A program made the position numbers and the translations under genes. From Obrimoposthia wandeli (lineage: Eukaryota): a stretch of 64,000 bases of DNA. The notes under the pieces are model-generated. The model did not search any database. It was not told the origin of the DNA and saw nothing but the letters and a program-made list of their open reading frames with translations. Below, one piece after another: positions 57,566 to 64,000 of this stretch; position 1 is the first letter of the stretch; each line of letters opens with the position of its first letter. The stretch is from contig CDROCS010000253.1 of assembly GCA_977020255.1 (NCBI GenBank), positions 4,092,001 to 4,156,000 of the forward strand, read 5' to 3'.

Positions 57566-60052
57566 TTAGCAGATGAGTTCTTGTTGTAGTGCACAATTTT
57601 CGACACTGACACCAAAATCATCGCTGTAAAATCTTTCATCCAAATAAAATATTCCTTGTCCTTCGCCTAGTTCATTTTTTAACTCGATAATCGCTTCTTT
57701 ATCCACTAATTTTTGCCAGATATTAGGAAATAAGTTAACACTGTATTTTTGACATTCTTTTACTAAGACAAAATAAGATTTAGCATCAAATTTTTTGCTG
57801 ACACTACATAGCTCAGCTAATAAATTTTTACCTTCAGCAAAAGGCACTATTAATGACTTTGTTGGGGCGTCTATTGCTTTAAATAATTTTCCAGTAGTCA
57901 TAAAGGCATGTTTTAGCGGGCTAGGAAAATTTCTCGCTTTAGGATCTAAACTATTTAAACTCAATAGATTGAGTAAATTATCATCACGCTCAGCTATTGA
58001 GTTGCGCTTAGCTGTATATGGGTAGTTCATTTCTTCACTACGCTCATAAAAATAATAATTAAAATATTGCTGCATCACCTCAGGCAATAAAAAGTCTTTC
58101 CCTTGATATTCATTGAAAATACGTTTTGTGGCGGCAATACCAACTTTAATATCAGTCAGTAAATCAATATTCTCTTGTTCTGGATTAATTACCGTTACTT
58201 GTGCCGTCGATAAACGACCATTGCGATTACATCGCCCTGCCGCTTGGGCAATAGAGTCAAGTCCCGCTAAAAATCGAATAACCGCGTTAAAGTCGACATC
58301 CACGCCCGCTTCAATTAAAGCGGTACTAATACATAAAGTGGGTAATTGAGCCGTTAATCTTGCTCGTATTTCATCTAATAACATCTTTCGATGAGCAGGA
58401 CACTGAGAAGTACTTAAATGGAAAACGGTATTTTCATCCATCCCCTGCGCAATACTAGAGAGATATAACTGTTGTGCCCAATTTTTGGTATTTACAATGA
58501 TCAAGCAGCTCTTTTTTTTCTCCATTTCATCAGCTGCCAATTGCGTTATTTCAGCTAATGACCAACCTTGACTCGTGGTTTGATCAACAATGTTCACTCG
58601 TTTTAATTCATCGAATAATTTTCTAACATCAGGCGTTAATTCATGCTCTGCTGGCAAGTGTAATTGCCCTTTTTCAGGATAGGTTAGTTGGTTTAGTAAA
58701 GGCTGAGTTGCCGTGCACATCAGTGCCGTTGTTCGACAATATGCCGTAAGGAAATTAATTGAATTACAAAAAAGGTGAGTACAATTGATGGGTAGCGTTT
58801 GTATTTCATCAAACACTAACACGCTATTAGCAAGTTGGTGTAACCGACGTACGCCACGAGTACCGCCACTAAAAAGAGTTTCTAAAAATTGTACCATGGT
58901 GGTTAACACGATGGGAGCATCCCAGTTTTCACTGACCAATTGACTACGCCATGTTTGTTGTTCTGGCTCTAAGTTTGAATGATGTTCAAATACCCAGGGT
59001 GTGTTATCTCCATCTTGCTCTAGTACTTTACGTATTTCTTGAGCATTTTGATCGATAATTGAGGTGTAAGGAATAATATAAATAATACGGTCTAACTGAT
59101 GAGTTTTAGCGTGGTGCAGCGCATAACGTAAACTTGAATACGTTTTACCGCCGCCTGTTGGTACGGTTAAGCTATAGATCCCTTGTTTTTCATTAGCTGT
59201 TTCTCGGCAATTATTTGAAATTTTTTGTCTGATATAATCAATTGAATTTCGTGGTTTTAATTGTTCAACAAATTGCTCAACTCGCTGACATGCTACCGAC
59301 CAATCAGGCGCAACTAAACACCGATGTTGTTTATTTTCTGGCATTTCAAAGTCAGCACTACTAATGCGATCAGCATCAATTAAACAACTGAACATAAATT
59401 TAGTGTACAAACCTAAATTAAAGCGTTGTGTAGTTTGGCTAAAGGTAAAACCTTTATATTCATCACCAGTGATTACTTGTAAAAAATCTATCGCTTCTTT
59501 AATTAAAGCTGATGAAAAGAGCATACTTGCCTCATCAAGTACTTGCTGATCAGCCGATTTTTTACATTCATTAAGGTGGGTTTTTTCATCTTCCTTTTGA
59601 ATACGGTTAATAAAGCCCTTGCCATTCGCGTTTTCAAGACTGTCGATTAGTCCACCATGGTGTGATGCAATACATTGCGCTAATGCTTGGATGACAGTAA
59701 AAGCTAGTGTTGCTTGTTCGGAGTTTCTATCTGGGTATTGTGTTGAGATAAGCTGAAAAAAATCATTAAATAGCCATTGCGCCCCTGCGGTTGAATGATC
59801 AACCTTTCCTTTAAGGCTTTTGGCATTAACGTACTCTTCATCACCAGAATCGATTAAGCCGACAGCAGATTTTATATAAACCTGAAACGTCTGACTGTAT
59901 TTACCAAAGTCATGTAATAAACCAATTAGTTTACCTGCGTTTTCTTGGCCTATTTTTTTCGCAAACAATCCCGATAAATCATGAACTTCAAAAAGATGCT
60001 GCTCTACAGTTTGGTGATTAATACCATCTTTGGCTGGGTGTGCTATATACAT
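57566..60052 (-). CDS. cas3: Cas3 HD nuclease-helicase
   Basis: GLLHDFGK (HD), LIDADR, VPTGGGKT, VFDEIQ, IAQAAGRCNR. Confidence 0.97.
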   Translation of the reverse strand: MYIAHPAKDGINHQTVEQHLFEVHDLSGLFAKKIGQENAGKLIGLLHDFGKYSQTFQVYIKSAVGLIDSGDEEYVNAKSLKGKVDHSTAGAQWLFNDFFQLISTQYPDRNSEQATLAFTVIQALAQCIASHHGGLIDSLENANGKGFINRIQKEDEKTHLNECKKSADQQVLDEASMLFSSALIKEAIDFLQVITGDEYKGFTFSQTTQRFNLGLYTKFMFSCLIDADRISSADFEMPENKQHRCLVAPDWSVACQRVEQFVEQLKPRNSIDYIRQKISNNCRETANEKQGIYSLTVPTGGGKTYSSLRYALHHAKTHQLDRIIYIIPYTSIIDQNAQEIRKVLEQDGDNTPWVFEHHSNLEPEQQTWRSQLVSENWDAPIVLTTMVQFLETLFSGGTRGVRRLHQLANSVLVFDEIQTLPINCTHLFCNSINFLTAYCRTTALMCTATQPLLNQLTYPEKGQLHLPAEHELTPDVRKLFDELKRVNIVDQTTSQGWSLAEITQLAADEMEKKKSCLIIVNTKNWAQQLYLSSIAQGMDENTVFHLSTSQCPAHRKMLLDEIRARLTAQLPTLCISTALIEAGVDVDFNAVIRFLAGLDSIAQAAGRCNRNGRLSTAQVTVINPEQENIDLLTDIKVGIAATKRIFNEYQGKDFLLPEVMQQYFNYYFYERSEEMNYPYTAKRNSIAERDDNLLNLLSLNSLDPKARNFPSPLKHAFMTTGKLFKAIDAPTKSLIVPFAEGKNLLAELCSVSKKFDAKSYFVLVKECQKYSVNLFPNIWQKLVDKEAIIELKNELGEGQGIFYLDERFYSDDFGVSVENCALQQELIC

Positions 60053-60148
60053 ATTATTTAAATTCCTTTTTATACTTCCGTTTTATTCGCTTATTTAGCC
60101 TTATCTACTCATTATTCTCAATACTGTAATTTCTCACATGTAAACAAA

Positions 60149-60991
60149 CTATACGGGTTGTGGTAAATAAGGCGCGATACGCTTCCTGCTATCTCGTGTC
60201 AGCACTATTTGTTGTTCTTCCGGCGTATTTTTGTAGTTATCTATATGTAAACGACGTAATAAGTAGTTAACTAAAGCAGCTCGTGTGGGGATTATTTTTT
60301 TACCTTGGTGCATTTGAAAGTCTTGCTCTATTATGCGTTTTTGCTGGTCGTTAAACCTTGGATCAGCTTCTATCACTACATCGACTATAGTGTTCCACTT
60401 TTCATCTTGTGCAGCGCTATGTGAGGCTTTACCTTCAAACGTTGCTGCACCATTAAAGCGGGATAAGGTGAAGTCTCTAAATTGATTGTTTTTGTTGCAG
60501 TAAGCCCGAACATGCCAACGTAACCCGTCAAATATTAGGGCATGTGGCTGTATTATTCGGTCTAGATAATTGGGGCTTGATAGTGATATATAACCAATAT
60601 CAATTTGAAGTTGCTCTCTTATCGCTCTGAGAATTGGTCTGATTTGTAGTGGATTGATATTGCGTAGCGGTGCTTCAACTTCTAAAACGATATTTGAAAG
60701 CAAGTGATTAGCATCATCAGTAAATTCTATAGCCGTTAAATACTGCGAAAAAGAATTTAAAGCGCTACTGTGGATAAAAGATTGATTAAAGTCATCGGTA
60801 GCAATATAGGCTTTTTGAGATAAGTCGTATTGCAAATGCTTAGGGAATTGTTCACGATACTGTTTGAGTATGCTACTTGCCGCTTGTCTGGAAAGTTGAA
60901 ATTTAGTGGTAATATGGCTTGTGTTTATCTGCCCTTCCCACCCAACTACGTTATTAATAAACGTAAAACGCTCCCTCGTTTCTTTTGACAT
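60149..60991 (-). CDS. WYL-domain transcriptional regulator (BrxR/CapW-like wHTH-WYL-WCX)
   Basis: ERFTFI...WEGQINTSHI...F.LSRQAAS N-terminus; IQPHAL.FDGLRWHVRAYC...FRDFTLSRF WYL core; 96 bp upstream of cas3, same strand. Confidence 0.88.
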   Translation of the reverse strand: MSKETRERFTFINNVVGWEGQINTSHITTKFQLSRQAASSILKQYREQFPKHLQYDLSQKAYIATDDFNQSFIHSSALNSFSQYLTAIEFTDDANHLLSNIVLEVEAPLRNINPLQIRPILRAIREQLQIDIGYISLSSPNYLDRIIQPHALIFDGLRWHVRAYCNKNNQFRDFTLSRFNGAATFEGKASHSAAQDEKWNTIVDVVIEADPRFNDQQKRIIEQDFQMHQGKKIIPTRAALVNYLLRRLHIDNYKNTPEEQQIVLTRDSRKRIAPYLPQPV

Positions 60992-61207
60992 ATCCCTGCT
61001 ACATAACTATCCATTTGTAGAGACACTTTCACACGAGAAAACACAAAAGGCAATTGATATACATCATAAAAAGATTAAGAATACTCGTAACAGTTATTAC
61101 TACTATCTTAATTTTTTGCTGGTAAGCTATTGTTCAATGACCACTTAAACCTTGTGTTATCTCCCGTGTTACCTAAAACCGTGGATTAAATTAGATTACT
61201 TCAGACA

Positions 61208-61245
61208 TAAAAAAACCTGAGAGGCTTATATTGGCCTTTCAGGTT
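61208..61245 (-). terminator. Intrinsic terminator after tRNA-Leu
   Basis: AACCTGAGAGGC/GCCTTTCAGGTT stem with an A run at 61209-61215 (U-tract on the minus strand). Confidence 0.7.
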
Positions 61246-61271
61246 CTTATTTTATTGTTAAAACAATCTAG

Positions 61272-61356
61272 TGGTGCGGATGGGGGGACTTGAACCCCCA
61301 CGACCTAAGTCACCAGCCCCTCAAGCTGACGCGTCTACCAATTCCGCCACATCCGC
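61272..61356 (-). tRNA. tRNA-Leu (anticodon GAG)
   Basis: GCGGATGTGGCGGAATTGGTAGACGCG-TCAGC-TTGAGGG-GCTGG...GGTTCAAGTCC...ATCCGCACCA, 85 nt with long variable arm and encoded CCA; position after secG is typical. Confidence 0.97.
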
Positions 61357-61393
61357 GCAATACTAGATTTTTAACTCTAACTAACTTGAGGTG

Positions 61394-61798
61394 TTAGTCT
61401 GGAACGTTACTGCTATCTTCTTTATTAGCAGGTTCGTCTGATGCTGGTACATCACTGTTTTGAACAGCTGGTAATGTAGTTGCTTCAGCACTTTCACTTG
61501 GAATTGCATCAACAGCCTGTTCTGCAGGAACTGCTAAGTTATTCCATTCATCAACAGACTTAGTACGGTTAGCTGTTAAGTTACCTAAAATTAAGCTGAT
61601 AACAAAGAAACCTACTGCTAAATACGTAGTTGCTGATGTTAGGAAGTTACCTGAACCACCTGAACCAAAAACAGTGGCAGAAGAGCCTGCACCAAAAGAT
61701 GCGCCCATATCTGCGCCTTTACCTTGTTGGATTAATACTAAACCAATTAGGGCTAAAGCAATAAGTACGTAAACTATAATTAATACTTGATACAACAT
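61394..61798 (-). CDS. secG: Preprotein translocase subunit SecG
   Basis: LIQQGKGADMGASFGAGSSATVFGS; start placed at ATG 61798 just after the tpiA stop, not at the ORF-track position 61825. Confidence 0.96.
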   Translation of the reverse strand: MLYQVLIIVYVLIALALIGLVLIQQGKGADMGASFGAGSSATVFGSGGSGNFLTSATTYLAVGFFVISLILGNLTANRTKSVDEWNNLAVPAEQAVDAIPSESAEATTLPAVQNSDVPASDEPANKEDSSNVPD

Positions 61799-61800
61799 TT

Positions 61801-62571
61801 CTATTTTCCTTTCGCTGCAGAACAAATAATTTTAAATTGTTCCGCTTTTAAACTAGCACCGCCAATAAGACCACCGTCTATATCAGTTTGTGCGAATAAT
61901 TCTTCACAGTTAGCCGCGTTAACGCTGCCACCGTAGAGTAGTGGTACTTTATTCGCCACTTGCTCATTTTGCTGAGCTAAGAATTGACGAATAAATTGAT
62001 GTGTTTCTTGTGCCATGGCACTTGATGCTGTTTTGCCTGTTCCTATGGCCCAAACTGGCTCATAAGCAATAACAACATTGTTAAATTTCTCTATGCCTAT
62101 TTCATCGATAACAGGCTGAATTTGTGCTGATAACACAGTTTCTGTCTCTGCAGTTGCTCGTTCTGCTTCGCTTTCGCCAATACATAAGATTGGGGTTAAG
62201 CCAGCATTTAATGCTGCATGAACTTTTTTAGCAACTTGGGTAGAGGTTTCTTTATAGATACTTCTACGTTCAGAGTGACCAACTATTACATAGTTAATCG
62301 CTAAGTTTTGCAACATAGCTGTGGATATTTCACCTGTGTAAGCGCCACTTTCATGTTCACTCACATTCTGAGAGCCTACATGAATAGCTTCATTTAAGTT
62401 AGCTGTTTTTATTTTCTGATTAAGCTCAGATAAATAAGGAAAGCTAGGACAAATAACCACATCAACGTGTGATGATAGTTTAATATCTGCTAACGCTGAA
62501 ACCATAGTATCAACTAGGGCTGAGTCACCGTTCATTTTCCAATTTGCGGCTACAATTGCTTGTCTAGTCAT
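61801..62571 (-). CDS. tpiA: Triosephosphate isomerase
   Basis: AANWKMNG, VGHSERR, AYEPVWAIGTG, LYGGSV, DGGLIGGASL. Confidence 0.98.
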   Translation of the reverse strand: MTRQAIVAANWKMNGDSALVDTMVSALADIKLSSHVDVVICPSFPYLSELNQKIKTANLNEAIHVGSQNVSEHESGAYTGEISTAMLQNLAINYVIVGHSERRSIYKETSTQVAKKVHAALNAGLTPILCIGESEAERATAETETVLSAQIQPVIDEIGIEKFNNVVIAYEPVWAIGTGKTASSAMAQETHQFIRQFLAQQNEQVANKVPLLYGGSVNAANCEELFAQTDIDGGLIGGASLKAEQFKIICSAAKGK

Positions 62572-62767
62572 TTGTACCTCTTAACCTAGGTTGTTATCTT
62601 ATGACTGCAGTTAAGATTAAAATGGAGTCATTGCTAAAATGAAGCCGCGAGATAGTAACTAACCTACGCAAAAGATACAAGTATTTAACACATATCTTTT
62701 ACTGGTTGCAGTTTTTTTATACTTATCGCGGCATTTAGCGATTAATAGCGGTGATTAATCGCCGTAA

Positions 62768-64000
62768 TTACTTAACGAGTTTTACTAAATCGGCAATTTT
62801 GTTCGCTAATAAAGTGACTTCATCCATACAAGGACCTTCAACCATTACACGAATAAGTGGCTCAGTACCTGATTTACGCAGTAACACTCGACCGCGACCG
62901 GTTAGCGTTTCGTTAACTTCATCAACAGCCGCTAGTACATCGGTATCGTTTAATGGGTTGTTTTGCCCAGCGAAACGAACATTAACAAGTAGTTGCGGTA
63001 GCATGGTAATGCCTTGGCGTAATTCATGTAATGATTTTTTCTGCTTAATTACTGCGGTCAGTACATTAAGCGCGGCAATAATACCGTCACCGGTAGAGGT
63101 GTGATTTAGGTTTATAACATGACCTGAGTTTTCTGCACCAAGCTGCCAACCTTTTTCTCTTAATAATTCCATTACATGACGGTCACCAACATTACTGCGG
63201 GCAAACTCGATATCTAATTCTTTTAAGGCTAACTCTAAGCCCATATTACTCATTAAAGTACCAACGACACCGCCATCCTTGCGACCAGAATTTAGGTCGT
63301 TACAAGCGATGATATAGATGATTTCATCACCATCAATAACATAACCAGTATGGTCAACCATCATAATACGATCGCCATCACCATCAAGGGCAATACCTAA
63401 ATCGGCGTTATGTTCAACAACCGCTTTGCTAATTCCATCCATTGATGTTGCGCCACAACCATCATTAATATTAGTTCCGTTAGGCGTCGTGCCTATTTCG
63501 ATAACCGTAGCACCTAATTCACGAAATACGTTGGGCGCTATGTGGTAGGTTGCGCCATGGGCACAATCAACCACTATGGTTAAATCTTTTAATGACTTTC
63601 TACTAGGGAAATTACTTTTACAAAATTCTATGTAACGCCCTGCTGCATCGTTGATACGATTTGCTTTACCTAGTTTTGCGGATTCAACACAACCCATTGG
63701 TTTGTCTAATTCAGCTTCAATGGCTAATTCAACATCATCAGGTAGTTTCTGGCCTGTGCTTGAGAAAAATTTGATGCCATTGTCATAAAAAGGGTTATGC
63801 GATGCACTAATAACGATGCCGGCTTCGGCTCTGAATGTTTTAGTAAGGTAAGCAATACCTGGCGTTGGCATAGGTCCAAGAAGACCTACATCGATACCTG
63901 CCGCTGAAAAACCCGCTTCAAGCGCTGATTCAAGCATGTAACCTGAGATACGAGTATCTTTACCGATAAGTACCTTTTTAGTGCCTTGTCCTGCGAGTAC
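62768..64000 (-). CDS. glmM: Phosphoglucosamine mutase, 5' end outside the window
   Basis: Frame open to the window edge ([14 protein letters not shown]); [34 protein letters not shown]. Confidence 0.97.
   Translation of the reverse strand, partial: VLAGQGTKKVLIGKDTRISGYMLESALEAGFSAAGIDVGLLGPMPTPGIAYLTKTFRAEAGIVISASHNPFYDNGIKFFSSTGQKLPDDVELAIEAELDKPMGCVESAKLGKANRINDAAGRYIEFCKSNFPSRKSLKDLTIVVDCAHGATYHIAPNVFRELGATVIEIGTTPNGTNINDGCGATSMDGISKAVVEHNADLGIALDGDGDRIMMVDHTGYVIDGDEIIYIIACNDLNSGRKDGGVVGTLMSNMGLELALKELDIEFARSNVGDRHVMELLREKGWQLGAENSGHVINLNHTSTGDGIIAALNVLTAVIKQKKSLHELRQGITMLPQLLVNVRFAGQNNPLNDTDVLAAVDEVNETLTGRGRVLLRKSGTEPLIRVMVEGPCMDEVTLLANKIADLVKLVK

Noticed and set aside
60053-60148. Second WYL operator between WYL and cas3 (ATACTGTAAT...CATGTAA)
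   Set aside because: Arms pair poorly and the spacing differs from the upstream palindrome.
51926-60991. Anti-CRISPR genes, extra effectors or transposon (CAST) genes in the cas locus
   Set aside because: Intergenic gaps are under 100 bp, no additional ORFs are present, and Cas3 is intact.
2016-63104. Other short ORFs antisense or out of frame within long genes (e.g. 2987-3280, 33255-33617, 43361-43705, 54082-54495, 62751-63104)
   Set aside because: Fully nested in well-supported CDSs, with no RBS or family motif recognised.

Overview
AT-rich marine gammaproteobacterial chromosome segment, most like Colwellia/Alteromonadales (inference from gene content and protein style). Right end: core block glmM(partial)-tpiA-secG-tRNA-Leu(GAG). 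Directly downstream is a complete type I-C CRISPR-Cas locus (cas3-cas5c-cas8c-cas7c-cas4-cas1-cas2) headed by a co-oriented BrxR/CapW-like WYL regulator. Its array has 59 near-full repeats plus one truncated terminal repeat, counted by hand. The leader-distal 24 repeats are perfect, while 24 of the 35 leader-proximal repeats carry small indels or substitutions. The truncated terminal repeat is fused to a decayed 3' fragment of a phyH-family gene, about 83% identical over 75 nt to the intact phyH gene 3 kb away. The rest of the window holds several modules. (1) An MNIO (DUF692)/DUF2063 RiPP cluster whose bufferin-like precursor has two tandem 6-Cys domains. (2) A VOC-GFA-YafY(WYL) cluster with a perfect operator-like palindrome. 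(3) A DcaP porin/Liv-type ABC transporter/two acyl-CoA ligase/thioesterase operon beside CrbS/CrbR and mmsAB. (4) A TonB receptor-piuC pair with a Fur box. (5) An internally deleted fadD-like pseudogene. (6) Many full or partial copies of an ERIC-like TATACC-ended miniature repeat family.
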